DNA of 64,000 bases, from positions 116,932,001-116,996,000 of the forward strand of contig OZ024743.1 in assembly GCA_964016885.1 (NCBI GenBank). The letters run 5' to 3'. Below the pieces are notes generated by a model. It searched no databases, was not told where the DNA came from, and worked only from the letters and a program-made list of their open reading frames with translations. Below are positions 37,395-52,643 of this stretch, piece after piece. How positions within the stretch are numbered: position 1 is the first letter of the stretch; each line of letters opens with the position of its first letter. Source of the stretch: Eledone cirrhosa. Its lineage: Eukaryota. The translations under genes and the position numbers were made by a program.

Positions 37395-38481
37395 GTGAGT
37401 TTGTGTGTGTCTGTGTCTGTGTCTGTCTGACTGTGTACACACACAACCCGCCTACTCTCACGCACACGCACATACTGTATGTATCTTCGGTGATCTTTAC
37501 GATCAACAACACAGTTCCCTAGTAGTAGTGTATCGCTTTTCACCATGAAGCTATAAAACTCCGATTTACATGTATGTAGTGAAGTAAGACTATTTCTGCT
37601 TTCTTGAAATGCCTCAGTAAACTTTATGAGGAAGTTTGATGAGAATGTTAGTATTAGAAATAGTTAGATACTTCTTTTTATTCTCTGATAGTGTATGATG
37701 TGGTGATGATAATGATGGAGTAGGTGGTGGGTGGTAAATATATTTGAATTGTGGATCGTGCTAACGATTTCTTTAGTCGGCTCTATTTTACGTATGACCA
37801 TACATATGTATATAAATATGAATATATGTATGTTTGTATGTATGTATCTATGTATATATGTATGTATGCGTTTATGAATGTATGTATGTATATATGTATG
37901 TAAGCATGCTTGCATACATACAGACGCATACACACACACCTATATATACATATATTTATATATATATATATGTGTGTGTGTGTGTGCATCTGTGTGTGTA
38001 TGTGTGAGGGGGATGTTTGTTTGTTATATATAGCTCACCTGACGAATCAGTGATTCAGAATTTGAAAGATAAACAATTTATACAACTCCCGACTGCTCAA
38101 CCATCTCTACTTCATCCTCTTCTCTCCTCCCACGCCTCATGTTATCCCCCTTCCTCCTCCTCCTCCTCCTCCTCTTCCTCCTTTCCATCCTCCTCCACCT
38201 CTTCCTCTTTCACCTTGTCTTACTTCTCCCCCTAACTACCTATTTATCCACCCCCACCTCCACAATCACACCTGTCATTACAACACTTCACCTTTACGCA
38301 TCACCAACATCAGCACGACTAGCACCAGTACCAGCGCCACCCCTTCGTAAACGTTATCTACACCTCAACATTGAAACATGAAATTTTCTGAATCGGTCTA
38401 TAGATCTGTGCAGCATGTAGCTCACAAACATACACAAACACACCTATATATATATATATACAAACACACTACACAAACACT

Positions 38482-38525
<44 letters not shown>

Positions 38526-38549
38526 AACACACACGTACACAAACACACC

Positions 38550-38643
<94 letters not shown>

Positions 38644-38751
38644 AGTGTTTGAGTACGTGTTTGTGTGTATATAAATATATATATAAACAAAGACATACAC
38701 AAACACACCTATATATATATATATATACAAACACACACGTACACAAACACT

Positions 38752-38803
<52 letters not shown>

Positions 38804-38924
38804 CAAACACACACGTACACAAACACACCTATATATATATATATATACAAACACAGACAGACACAAACATATAGAGAGACAAATATACTTACGCGTACAT
38901 ATATAGTTATGTATATGTATAATT

Positions 38925-39006
<82 letters not shown>

Positions 39007-39009
39007 TAT

Positions 39010-39082
<73 letters not shown>

Positions 39083-39510
39083 TGTGTGAGTGTGTATAGA
39101 TATATGTATGTATAATATATATATATATTGCTGCATCTCTTTTCATTATTCTTGTAGTTTTTTTCTACCTGATTTATCTTATATTCCCAAATGTTGCCGT
39201 TATTGTATTGATTATTATGTTGATGATGGTGCTGTTGCTGCTGCTGGTAGTGATGATGGTGGTGATAGCTTCGATTTATCATTGGTGCCTTTTATCCTCA
39301 GTATCGGCTATCCTTTTCGACTTTTCTCGAAATATATATTTATATACCCGAGCATAACTTAAAGCGCGCGTATACACATATATACGTATATTTTCTGTCA
39401 CACACACTTGTGTGAATATTCCCAGAATATAATCTGCATAAATCTTTGTGTGTGTGTGTAAATATATATACTAATAATTATATATATATATATTTACATG
39501 TATATATATA

Positions 39511-39592
<82 letters not shown>

Positions 39593-39644
39593 GCATACAT
39601 ATATATACATATATGTGCAAACACATATATACACAAACACACAT

Positions 39645-39698
<54 letters not shown>

Positions 39699-40427
39699 TA
39701 ATATGTATGCATATTGTGCTCATACACAAATTTAGTAAAATCGATTTTGCCTAAAATCTAGATCTTTATAATATATTGGCTGTTGCATTCTTTGTACTGT
39801 GTTGCAGTTGTTGTTCTTGTTCTTCTTGTCAGCTATTTATATTCTCCAATTGATCGTTAATGATTATGATGTAAAAATAAAAAAAAATTTAAAAATAAAA
39901 AAAAATTATACATTTCATTTCATTTTATTTTTATAATAATTTCTTTATGTTTGTTTGAAACTAATTCTCTTTTATCGAGAATATCGATAAAACGATTCTT
40001 AAATTTCTTTAAGAATGTGAAACATTTCACGGAAATGTCTTTCAAAAATTGCTAAATTGAGCCGCACGTTGCTATAATTATAAGAATCTACGGAAATACC
40101 TTTCAAACAAATCGTTATTTATGAAACGAATTTTTCATTTTTAGTACAAACTTAATGAAAACACCATTTTAACTTGCAAGAAACTAAAAATAAAAATAAA
40201 AAAAGACAGAAATCAAATGATCAGACAAAGAAATAAATGAACAAGAATAAAGAAAACGTCTTTTAGCAACAAATAACAATTTATCCAGATACTTAGGAAA
40301 TCGTATCAATCAGTCAATCAATATTTACAATTGCATCGTGGTATAAACATGACTGCCTTTTAAAGTACCCATATTATTACAACCATATTCACCTTTGTCT
40401 TATTTTATAGCATAGTTATTATTATTT

Positions 40428-41510
40428 GGCAGTTGTGGTGGATTGGCAGTATCAGTAGGGGGGGGGGGGGTCTGGCGCAAGGCTTTGCAGCATACAGTTA
40501 CGTCCCTTTACGGTCTGATTTCAAGTCCCACTGAGGTTAACTTTGCCTTTCATTTTTGTGGGGTCGATAAGATAAGCACCAGTAATGCACTGGAATAATT
40601 GCTAGCCTTGTGTCTATACTAGAAATCATTATTATTTGGCAGCATCGGTAGAGCGTCGGGCAACATGCTTTGTAACATAGAGTTATGGCTGTTTACGTCA
40701 GAGTTCAAATCTCGCCGAGGTTGGATTTGCCTTTCATCCTTACGGGGTGGATAAAATAAAGCACCAGTAACGTACTGGGGTCGATTTAATCGACTTTCCC
40801 CTCCTCCAAAATGGCTGGCTTTGTGCCTATATAAGAAACCATTATTTGGCAGCATCGGCAGAGAGTTGGGCAACATGCTTTGAAGCATAGAGTTATGGCC
40901 GTTTACGTCTGAGTTAAAATCTCGCCGAGGCTAGATTTACTTTTCATCCTTGTGGGGTCGATGAAATAAAGTACCAGTAATGCACTGTGGGTGATTTAAT
41001 CGACATTTCCTTCTAGCCAAATTGTTGGCCTTGTGCCTAAATCAGAAACCATCAGAAACCAGTATAGGGCGGTGGATTGGCAGTATCGGTAGAGAGTCGG
41101 ACACCATGTTTTTCAGCATAGAGTTACGGCTCTTTACAGTCTGAGTTCAAATCCCGCCGAGGTTAACTTTGCCTTTCATCCTTACGAGGTCGATAAAATA
41201 AAGTACCAGTCACGAACTGGGGTCGATTTAATGGTCTTTCTCCTCTCCCAAAATTACTGGCCTTGTGCTTAAATAAGAAACCATTATTATTTGGCAGTAT
41301 CGGTACAGCTGTGGATTGGAAGTATCAGTAGAGCGTCAGGAAACGTGGTTTGCGTTAAAGAGTTACGGCCCTTTATGTCTGAGTTCAAATCCCGCCGAGG
41401 TTAGCTTCGCCTTTTCTCCTTACGGGGTAGATAAAATGAAGTACCAGGCATGCACTGGGGTTGATTTAATCGACCCCCCCCCCCCTACAAATTACTGGAC
41501 TTGTCCCGTA
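40428..41510 (+). mobile_element. Head-to-tail array of five Nin-domain SINE copies
   Basis: Five B-box + gccgagg + tttcatcc..gataaa..agtaccag units at ~210-240-bp spacing. Confidence 0.88.
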
Positions 41511-42470
41511 ATTTGTAGTATAAATTATTATTGTATAATTAATGCATCGAAATCTTTAATTGTAAATAGCATTAAAAACTATTTTTATTGAAATACAAAA
41601 TTCTTTTGCGTTGAAACAAAGCCCTGGTTTTGAATAAGTTCGGAGTATGTTTTTTTAGCAGGATTCTAGTATCTCGTTGATATCGAAACGATCTAACCAA
41701 GATCATATAAGAAATGAACGGAAAGTTTTTTGCATGGATTTCATTGTACCTGTGCTGTTTAGTATTTTAAGTTATAATAGGATCAATATAAATTATTGCG
41801 ATCTATATGTGTGCTCTGCTATATTCATGAATCTTTAAGGGTAAACATATGTGTGTGTGTGTGTCTGTGAAACATATACGTACACACAGGTCCAAACACA
41901 AAGGAACCAAACTCCTACTGTCACTAAATCCGTTTCTCCCGGTCTCCTCATCTCTCACTATTATGAGCAAATGAGGGCCTACGCGCTGGACGCTCTGCGG
42001 CCCCGGTGGACAGAATGGAGAAGGCGTTTCTTGGGAGGATGGTGAGGAAGATGCGGTGGAAGAACCATTCCAGCTTGCGAAGCTCACACCTGCGGGTAGC
42101 CAAATCTGTGCCGATGGTGGCCCTAGGGCCAAGGACACCAAAAGTCGTTACTGCTCCGGGTTCGACTGCAAACCTATCGAAGAGCGACCGATACTGTAAG
42201 TCAACTCTGATTGAGAAGACCTATGGCCAAAGCTATTGTAACGAAAACCAACTCTTTTTTGAATATCTAGGACTGCACTTTCCGATGTGTTTTTCCTTTT
42301 CCATGACGGCTGGGGGTTACCGCTAGGGGAGGGTGGTCGGTTGCTGCATTAGTTAGATAAAGTAACCTGGTAAAGCTTCCACACCAGGTATCTGACAGAC
42401 CACATTGTCTACATCCATACACATGCATACATATAGATAGATAAACATTATATATATATATATATATATA

Positions 42471-42500
42471 CTAGCAGAATGGCCCGGCGTTGCTCGGGAT
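42471..42500 (-). mobile_element. Helitron-type 3' terminus
   Basis: Minus strand atcccgagcaacgccggg (hairpin)-ccattctg-CTAG|T. Confidence 0.6.
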
Positions 42501-42612
42501 TTGCTCTAGGGTTCTTATATATTTGAAATATACTACACCCATACACACACATACATATATATATATATATAGATAGAGATTATATATATAAGTCTATATA
42601 TATATATATATA

Positions 42613-42993
42613 TATAAGAAACGGAGAATAAATGGTGCGACGAATAAGATTTATTAGACATATTACAATCGTTTCTCTGGCGACCAGCTCGAGGCACGAT
42701 CGATCCAGTGATCAAAGCTGACTCTGAAATCGCAAGATCCTCGGATATGTCTCGATTCTACGAAGCAGAGTTTCCAAAATTCTTTGGAAGAGCGAGGAAG
42801 AAAGAAAAAACAGGAGAGAGAAAAAAATCGAAGTGTGTGTGTACATATATATATCGAGACATCCGAGGATCTTGGGATTTCAGAGTCAGGTTTGATCACT
42901 GCATCAAGCGTGCCTCCACCTGGTCGGCAGAGAAACGATTGTAATATGTCTAATAAATCTTCTTCGTCGCACCACTGATTCTCCGTTTCTTAT
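42613..42993. mobile_element. Fold-back repeat with a degenerate hammerhead-like motif
   Basis: Arms 42613-42756 / 42852-42993; TTGATCA-ctgc...gcag-aGAAAC-gatt-GTA...AATAAA. Confidence 0.6.
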
Positions 42994-43091
42994 GTGATAT
43001 TATACTCTGCCCTGTAAGAGCATCGACTGCTGAAACGTCCTACCGCTTACGGACGCTTTAATCATCCCACACCAATTATATGCACACACAG

Positions 43092-43176
<85 letters not shown>

Positions 43177-43179
<3 letters not shown>

Positions 43180-43396
43180 AAGTAAGACCCCGACGGCTGA
43201 GCTCAAGCCGTTTCGACGTCCAGAATTAGCCGTCGAAATGGCTTGAGCTCAGCCGTCGGGGTCTTACTTGTTCCTATTACCTACTCTACTACCTACTTTA
43301 CCTACTCTACATCCTATTACCCACTCTACTACCCTAAGTATTGAGTACTTTGGTGCGTTATGGTCCACCTGGTTCCTTACCACATTTCCTTCGTTA
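43177..43396. mobile_element. Short fold-back PLE pLTR remnant (45203 family) in (TA)n
   Basis: gtaagaccccgacggctgagctcaagccgtttcgacg and its reverse complement, plus tail ...ccacatttccttcgtta. Confidence 0.8.
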
Positions 43397-43400
43397 TATA

Positions 43401-43450
<50 letters not shown>

Positions 43451-43709
43451 CACACACACAAACACTTCGTTTTTACCTCTTTCCTGTTTTCTCTTTCATC
43501 ATCTCTCTTCACTATATTTTCTCTTTTTCCCCTCATGTCCTTTTGATTAATAAAAGGCCTTGGTCGCACGTCTGATCGATTTCGATGTCCTGTTTGAAGC
43601 GCCGATACAGCTATGGTCTGCAGTTAACAGCTGATGAAGGGTTTCTTCTCTTGTTTACGTCCATATTACCACCTACATTTTGTTTACAGTAACCACACAG
43701 CCTGCTACG

Positions 43710-43756
<47 letters not shown>

Positions 43757-43806
43757 ATAATAATAATTTGAAAGTACCGATTCTTTGCTTAAACTTTAAT
43801 CTGTTA

Positions 43807-43885
<79 letters not shown>

Positions 43886-44037
43886 AGGAAGTTGTAGTTT
43901 ACTTGAATCATTATGTAGTGAGATATAAACGGTTTGAATTAGAAGGCCAGAACAATGCAGGCATGGATATATAATATAAATCTCAACGCAGAAGATATTG
44001 CTGACAATTAGTCTTTTACCTTAAATTTGTTTGAATA

Positions 44038-44074
44038 TCCTTAATTTTCGAGATAATATCGCTTCTTCGGAGGG
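44038..44074 (-). ncRNA. Degenerate minimal hammerhead-like motif
   Basis: Minus strand cct-CCGAAGA-agcgat(att)atctc-GAAA-atta-agg. Confidence 0.35.
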
Positions 44075-44324
44075 AAGTAAGGGGGTTAATCCAGTGTTCT
44101 AAATAGCTTGCCATGTCATGCTGACAGGAAATAGTATAGAAATTCCATTCTATTTCTAATGTCAAAGAGTGAAGGTTAGGTGGATAAACGAGTTGTCTCC
44201 CTTTAAAAGGGTTTGGACATGTATGTCTAAGTGTGTGTGGGAGAATACGTGAAGGTGTAAGCTTGCGCGTGTGTGTGAGTGTTAGAGGATATGTTTATAT
44301 GTAAATGTGGAGGCTAGATGCTCT

Positions 44325-45178
<854 letters not shown>

Positions 45179-45202
45179 ATATATATCTATATATATATAT
45201 AT

Positions 45203-46792
45203 AACGAAGGAAATGTGGTAAGGAACCAGGTGGACCATAACGCACCAAAGTACTCAATACTTGAGGTAGTAGAGTGGGTAATAGGAACCAGTAAGACCCC
45301 GACAGCTGAGCTCAAGCCGTTTCGACGGCTAATTCTGGACTAAATGAAAATTTATCCTGGTATTTAAATAGCCGATCTTCTCAGGGGGTAATTCCATACA
45401 TGGTCAAAGTGATTGTCAAAAATCAGTAGTAATTCTGTGGTTGCAAATTAGTAGGGGAGATGGTGGCTAAACCTGCCAGTAGGAGAAAGAGGGGAGGGGG
45501 TGGAGTAGCCCCAATCAAGCGTTTGTAGTGCCAGCTACAGCTGGGCATGAGGTCAAAGAAGATACAGGGGAGGGGGAGGAAGTCGGAACGGTAGGTAGAA
45601 CAATGGGGGGTAGAAATATATAGGAAAGAAAAAATACTGAGAGTGAAGAAAAGCAAATAAGTGTAAAGAAAAACAAATGAGTGTAAAGAAAAAAGTAAAG
45701 TAAATTAAATTCTACGACCTAGGTCTCTAGCTATTGTTAGTCTAGAATAAATAAATAAATAAAGAAAGAAAGAAGTAAAGAAAGAAATAAAGAAATAACG
45801 AAATAAGTAAAAGAACTAGGTGGGACGGATTAGGCGAGGACCCTTTTAAAGTGAACTAATACGAGATAATAAAGTGAACTAATACGAGATAATAATTCTG
45901 AGTCCCGAGAAAAATATAAACTAATGCTAACTCTAAAAGATCTAAAACAAGCTACATGAAAGTTCGTACGAAGTAAAGGTAGAATACGGAAGAATAAATT
46001 CAGAATCCACCCGCCCAAAAGAAAAGCGAAGAAAGAAATACTGAAACGAAAAAATATTTTTCTCGGGAGTCAGAATTATTATCTCGTATTAGTTCACTTT
46101 GCTGCACTGGGTGGTTGCTGGAATTGTGCCCGGGATGGAAACCTTTATTGTTTATTTCGTGGTAGTCTCTTTAGTATTTTGGCCCCTTTTGTTGACCCGT
46201 CACCGTATCATTTACGTACTTATACCTCTTAAAAGGGTCCTCGCCTATTTCGTCCCACCTAGTTCTTTTACTTATTTCGTTATTTCTTTATTTCTTTCTT
46301 TACTTCTTTCTTTCTTTATTTATTTATTTATTCTAGACTAACAATAGCTAGAGACCTAGGTCGTAGAATTTAATTTACTTTACTTTTTTCTTTACACTCA
46401 TTTGTTTTTCTTTACACTTATTTGCTTTTCTTCACTCTCAGTATTTTTTCTTTCCTATATATTTCTACCCCCCATTGTTCTACCTACCGTTCCGACTTCC
46501 TCCCCCTCCCCTGTATCTTCTTTGACCTCATGCCCAGCTGTAGCTGGCACTACAAACGCTTGATTGGGGCTACTCCACCCCCTCCCCTCTTTCTCCTACT
46601 GGCAGGTTTAGCCACCATCTCCCCTACTAATTTGCAACCACAGAATTACTACTGATTTTTGACAATCACTTTGACCATATATGGAATTACCCCTTGAGAA
46701 GATCGGCTATTTAAATACCAGGATAAATTTTCATTTAGTCCAGAATTAGCCGTCGAAACGGCTTGAGCTCAGCTGTCGGGGTCTTACTGGTT

Positions 46793-46796
<4 letters not shown>
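45203..46796. mobile_element. 1.6-kb fold-back PLE-derived insertion in (TA)n with ~565-bp near-identical inverted arms
   Basis: 45282-45847 vs 46231-46796 (identical 77-aa mirror ORFs 45423-45656 and 46422-46655); 79-bp tail at 45203-45281; mosaic spacer. Confidence 0.88.
46689..46782 (+). ncRNA. Type I hammerhead ribozyme with long stems II and III (antisense twin at ~45296-45389)
   Basis: acccc-TTGAGAA-gatcggcta...tagccgtc-GAAAC-ggcttgagctcagct-GTC^ggggt. Confidence 0.78.
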
Positions 46797-46852
<56 letters not shown>

Positions 46853-46946
46853 TATATATGCATATATATATGTATGTATGTATATATATATACACACACA
46901 CATATATATATATATACATACTCACACACAGACATATATATATGTC

Positions 46947-47082
<136 letters not shown>

Positions 47083-47545
47083 GGCTGTAATTTATTACTA
47101 TTGAAATATTTTTATAGGTAAGATGCATATATCGACGATTGGAGCATGTGCTATTAACGAATTATTTGATAATGTTCCTATTTGATACAGGCATTCCTCC
47201 TTAAATTCCGCGTGCATCTTTTGTGTAGTCTTCGGCAATATACTTCATATAAAGACACGTACCACTTCCGTATATATATATATAATATGCCTATGAACAG
47301 AATCTATTTTACAATGTCAGAGAATGAGTGTAGGGAAGAGAATTACGTTAGGGTTGGATCGGAAGACTCAAAGCGAATATTCACCGTCAGAAAATCTTAG
47401 AAATTCGAATAGATATGTATTAAAAAATCCTTGATGTATAAATTGCACACATGTATACAAACTTGAAAAGGAATATAGAAATAAGCATAAAAAATATATA
47501 CACATATATACTTGTATATATAGATATATATGTACATTATATACA

Positions 47546-47591
<46 letters not shown>

Positions 47592-47788
47592 GTATATATA
47601 TATGTATGACAGGAAAAGACGCAATATATTAAGAAACGGGAAAATGAAAAGAAAAATATACAGGGCAAGGGACACCCAAAATTTGCAAGCTGGGAGAAGG
47701 AGTATTAGAATAGTTGTTTGATACATGTAAAATCACCCTCTCACACACATGTATAAATATGTATAAATATGTATAAATACATATACAT

Positions 47789-47857
<69 letters not shown>

Positions 47858-47990
47858 GTGAGGTTTTTTTTTTACAAAATGAAAAATAACCGAGGTGTCC
47901 TACACGAGTGAAAGTATAAAGAAAAAGAGATGAAATCGAAAATGCAACTGGAGTCTTATTTTTTTAAAAAATATATATATTTATTTGGTT

Positions 47991-48028
47991 CCTTTACCGG
48001 TTTCGCAGTTCTTCTGTTTTTCAAAAGG
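47991..48028 (-). ncRNA. Minimal type I hammerhead, U3-A8 variant
   Basis: Minus strand cctt-TTGAAAA-acag(aagaa)ctgc-GAAA-CCG-GTA-aagg; lies in a repeat also present (truncated) at 18744-18878. Confidence 0.65.
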
Positions 48029-48055
48029 TGAGTTGAGATGGAGGGTCTGTGGTTT

Positions 48056-48087
<32 letters not shown>

Positions 48088-48429
48088 TCGAACGTAAGGT
48101 TTTTAATATAGGAATAAGATGCTGAAAATGCAATTGGAGTCTTTAAGATTTATTTACAATTATTTATAACATTACCGGTGTAACACGTTTATGATTTACA
48201 AAAGTTAAGAGTGATGGACAGATGTGTGGCTACGCTGTCCTGTGAGTTACAAATCAGCATAGACACACATATCTCCATCACTGGTAACCTTGAAAAATAA
48301 TGAAACTTCTGTCGGCCATAGAAATACATATTGTGATTTTGCAGTATTAAATGAATATTTGGAATACGTTCTTGTTTTTTTTATTGAATTATTTAACTCT
48401 TTTCTTGGAAGAACCTCGAGATACCACAT

Positions 48430-48541
48430 CTACGATGGATGATACACATAACGTCGAGTACATTTCCCTATGCATTATGGTCTGCTAATCAGTATAACCA
48501 GATCCTCCTGATAGTTAAAAAATCTCACAGACATGGTATAC

Positions 48542-48592
<51 letters not shown>

Positions 48593-49062
48593 GAGAGAGA
48601 GAGAGATTCACACACACGTACAGACATACGTACAGGCAACTATACACACACACACACGCACACACACACGCACATATATATATATATATATAGTAATAAT
48701 AATAAATTTGAAGACTAAAATCCAAAGAGGGATCGATAAGGATAAATACATATCTCAAATATATAAGAACCGTAGAGCAAATATTTATTAAAATAACAGA
48801 TCAAAGTTTAAGCAAAGAATCGGTGCTTTCACCCATAACGGGATCTTCTGAAACTCATGTTTATATATATATACACGTATACCATGTCTGTGAGATATTG
48901 TAACTATGAGGAGGATCTGGTTATACTGATTAGCAGACCATGTTGCATAAGGAAATGTACTCGACCCTATGTGTATCATACATCGTAGTTTCAGAAGATC
49001 CCTTTAAGGGTGAAAGCAGCGATTCTTTAACTTTGTTTAAACTTTATTCTGTTATTTTAATA
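48430..49062. repeat. Interleaved inverted repeats of two TA-associated families
   Basis: 48430-48548 vs 48870-48988; 48786-48854 vs 48988-49062 (the latter family also at 43770-43813). Confidence 0.75.
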
Positions 49063-49099
49063 AATAAAATAAATATATATATATATATATATATAGCGA

Positions 49100-50175
49100 A
49101 TTAGGATAATAAATACGATCAGTTAATCCTTTATTGAATGGTGACGCGAGTTTCGCCACTGATCAGCTCAAGGTTCGATCTGTATCGATCTGACCCGACT
49201 CTGTTATCCGCGGCTCGTAATGTTAATGGAAAACATGTTCTCCCTTATATACGGTTAACTATATGTCTAGTCAATTTCTACAGGCTATTAAAAATAGGGT
49301 AAATTTTTGGTAGCTATAAGTCGCGGATAAGAAGTTATATCATTTATCTATTGTTTCTTCATAAGTATATTTTAAACTTATAGCCTCGTTTAAATGATTT
49401 TTTGTGTGGTTGATTTATGTTGACTGGGAGAAGAAATACTGTATATATTTTATCTAATGATTCTATGGACTTAGTTTTTATATATTGCTCTGATTATTAA
49501 TTAGTTAATTAATTCTTCATTGAGCCTCACCGTGAATGGTTGCCAAAAACATATATATATATCTATGACTTCGTCTAGTTTATATGTATATACCCTTTAA
49601 ATTTTATATACTCCCGTAAGGTTGAGTAAAACTTTAGCCAGTATTCGGCTGCGCTTTCTAGCAACCAGCCTACTCGCCGACAGGCACCAATCACAAACTT
49701 TCTGCCTTGAGCACTAGCCACGTGATGATTCTTAGCCATTTTGAATTCGTTTCTGGTGGGGATCATGTAAGAAAAATCTTTGTCCAATTGAGTTATCTCC
49801 TGATGATTTCCAACCCTCGTTTGGATATCTCCAAGATCGGATATATCCAAAAAGGGAATGAAACCGCCGGGAGTAGAGATATTTTGATGATTTTGATAAG
49901 GTTTATGTACATTTTTTCTTCTAACTTTGATTTTGTACCTAATTATGTATGGTTAACTATATGTCTAGTCAATTTCTACAGGCTACTAGAAATACTAGGT
50001 AAATTTTCGGTAGCTATAAGTCGCGGATAAGAAGCTATATCATTTATCTATTGTTTCTTCATAAGTATATTTTAAACATATAGCCCCGTTGAAATGATTT
50101 TTTGTGTGGTTCATTTATGCTGATTGGGAGAAGAAATACTGTATATATTTTATCTAAAGATTCTATGGACTTACT
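49100..50175 (-). mobile_element. Non-autonomous element with ~230-bp direct repeats (pLTR-like)
   Basis: 49253-49473 repeated at 49951-50172; minus-strand GAAACtcgcGTC...AATAAA at ~49130-49155; bounded by (TA)n. Confidence 0.5.
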
Positions 50176-50861
50176 TTATATATATATATATATATATATA
50201 TGAAGAGTACAGAAAATTATAAATTTATAGCATTATCATGAAATATATATATACATTATCAGAAAAATGTACATGAATTATACTGTTGTTGTGCAGTCCC
50301 CCCCCCCCCCCTCTCTCAATCTCTCCCCCCCTCTCTCTCTACCTCTCGTTTATCATTTGAGTGACCGATCACTAAATCTCTTTGTAACAGCTACAATTCA
50401 AATAACAAAAACAACCATATCAAAATATAATTTATATATGTATGTACGCACGTATGTATTAGAAATAAATAAGGGCTGCGTATAAAAGAAAAGATGGGAG
50501 CACAAACAGCCACAACAACAATGTCAACAACAACAACGACAATAAAATATAACAAAACATCACAATAAAAGACAGCTACAACTTCAGGAACAACATAAAC
50601 AACTGCGATATCCAAAAACATTACCAACAAAGAAAACAGCAACAATAACAACAGTAACAATAGCAACAACAACAACAACAACAACAACGATGATGATGAT
50701 GACTATGACAATAACAACTATAAGATCAGGATTACCAACAATAACAACAACAAAAGGAATAAAAGGCAACTACGATTTCAGTAATAACATAAACAACAGC
50801 AACAACAATAACAATAATATCAACATCCAAAACTTAATAAAAGAATAACAACTTCCGTAAT

Positions 50862-51050
50862 AATTGTTTCTACATTTGGCACAAGGCCAGCAATTACTCA
50901 GTACATTGTTGGTACTTTATTTTATCGACCCTGTAAGGATGAAGGGCAAAGTTAACCTCGACGGGATTTGAACTCAGACCTAAAGGGACGTAACTATGCT
51001 GGAAAACATGGCGTCCGACCAACTATCAATACTGCCAATTCACCGCCCTC
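50862..51050 (-). mobile_element. Nin-domain SINE
   Basis: Reverse complement of the SINE consensus. Confidence 0.85.
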
Positions 51051-51309
51051 TTCCGTAATAATAAGAAGCATTAATATCAATAAGATAACAAGTAATAAAA
51101 ACAACGACAACAACAACGACAACAACAACAACACCTGCAACAGTAACAATAAAGCGGAAATGGAAGAACATTCATTAAAGCTTATTTTGCTACTGATGAA
51201 AAAAAAGGCAATGTATCCAGTTATTTAGTGGTTAGTGTCTACTATGAGCGTATGTGGTGGGTGATCTGTATTTACCACTCACTGTTCAAGTATTAGTTCA
51301 CATCGTAGT

Positions 51310-51500
51310 CCTGGCGGACATCATGGAGAAGACATTGCCCGGAAGATGGTTAGAGAGAGGCTCTGGAATAGCCACTCCACTGAACGGGACTCACACTCAC
51401 GTGTAGCCAACTGTGCCCTCATAGCAGTGAGTAAGGATGTGATCCAGGGACTAAGAACACCGGAAATCTTCACTGCTACAGGCTCACCCATGAGCCTTAT
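51310..51500 (-). pseudogene. C-terminal fragment of a CRE-like (restriction-like endonuclease) non-LTR element
   Basis: EPVAVKISGVLSP...ESRSVEWLFQSLSLTIFRA resembles the P.A.E..G...WL.QRLS..I.RGN tail. Confidence 0.5.
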
Positions 51501-52482
51501 CGGAGAGAAGCTGTCACGGGGATGATCATGATGATCTGTTATGTAATTATGCACTGGGGACCAGTTGGGCAGCTCGCAGTACGAACGATTCGGCATTGGA
51601 GGAAATAAGAACGAAATAAGGGTTTGAAACGTGGGCTAGAAGGCGAAAATTGCGATATTTTGGCCACGTTACCAGGGCCCAGATTTCTGCGCCCACATTA
51701 TTGGGGATCTGGTGGACAGAAAATAGGCTGGCGAGCGACAGAAGCGAAGATGGAGGAGTGAACATGAAGAACTCTAGCAGAGTGTACGGTTTCAACATGA
51801 GGCCGGAATATGTGGCGAAGAGTGGTGGTTGTGTCCGAATACTCTGACATTCAGCGACGAGGATGGGATCTTACTCATATGTACACTATTTCTGAAAAAC
51901 AAACAAAACAAAAAAAGATGAAATTGTTACAATTAAAAATCATAGGTCTTTTTGGTAAAATTTTGTTTTCCCGTTAAACACTCTAGAGTCTAGACGATTT
52001 AAAATGTTATTTGTGTAGACAATGTGTGCCTAGTTGCTATATATATATATATAGTCAATATCCCTCATGAGTTTAATTGTCTATTAAGAACTTTAAAGAT
52101 GTTTTCAGGTTAGTCCGTATTAATACGTTTATTAAAAAAATTCCGTTCCGTTTCGTTTCCGTACAGGCTTTCCTGGTCGATTTTATATCCAACCTCACGT
52201 GAACAACATCTATGTAGATCTTAAATTCACGCGACACTAAGGTTCTGCCTTAGGAAGTGATATCAAAAACAAAAAGTGTTTGTCACGGAAGATAACAGAC
52301 AAGATAAAAGTACACCCAGAGTTTTTGTTTAGTGTATCTGACTTTCATTCTTTACGTTTCATTCCTTTGATATTTGACTATGGTCAAGCTTCGTTTAACT
52401 TTTAATTGCTCATTGAACACTTTATGTGAATAATAATCGTTTAAACGATTTAAGATGTGCGTCATAGCGCCCTTGTGTCTTA

Positions 52483-52520
<38 letters not shown>

Positions 52521-52556
52521 AACATTAAATTACACCCATCCACACACACACACACA

Positions 52557-52643
<87 letters not shown>

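Noticed and set aside
40428-41510. tRNA gene cluster or CRISPR-like array
   Set aside because: The A/B boxes belong to SINE heads without a cloverleaf; whole units are homologous, with no unique spacers and no cas genes.
43625-43660. cagCTGATGAagg as a hammerhead
   Set aside because: No downstream GAAA or closing stems.
45423-46655. Two identical 77-aa ORFs on opposite strands
   Set aside because: By-product of the inverted arms; low-complexity pyrimidine-rich sequence with a non-ATG start.
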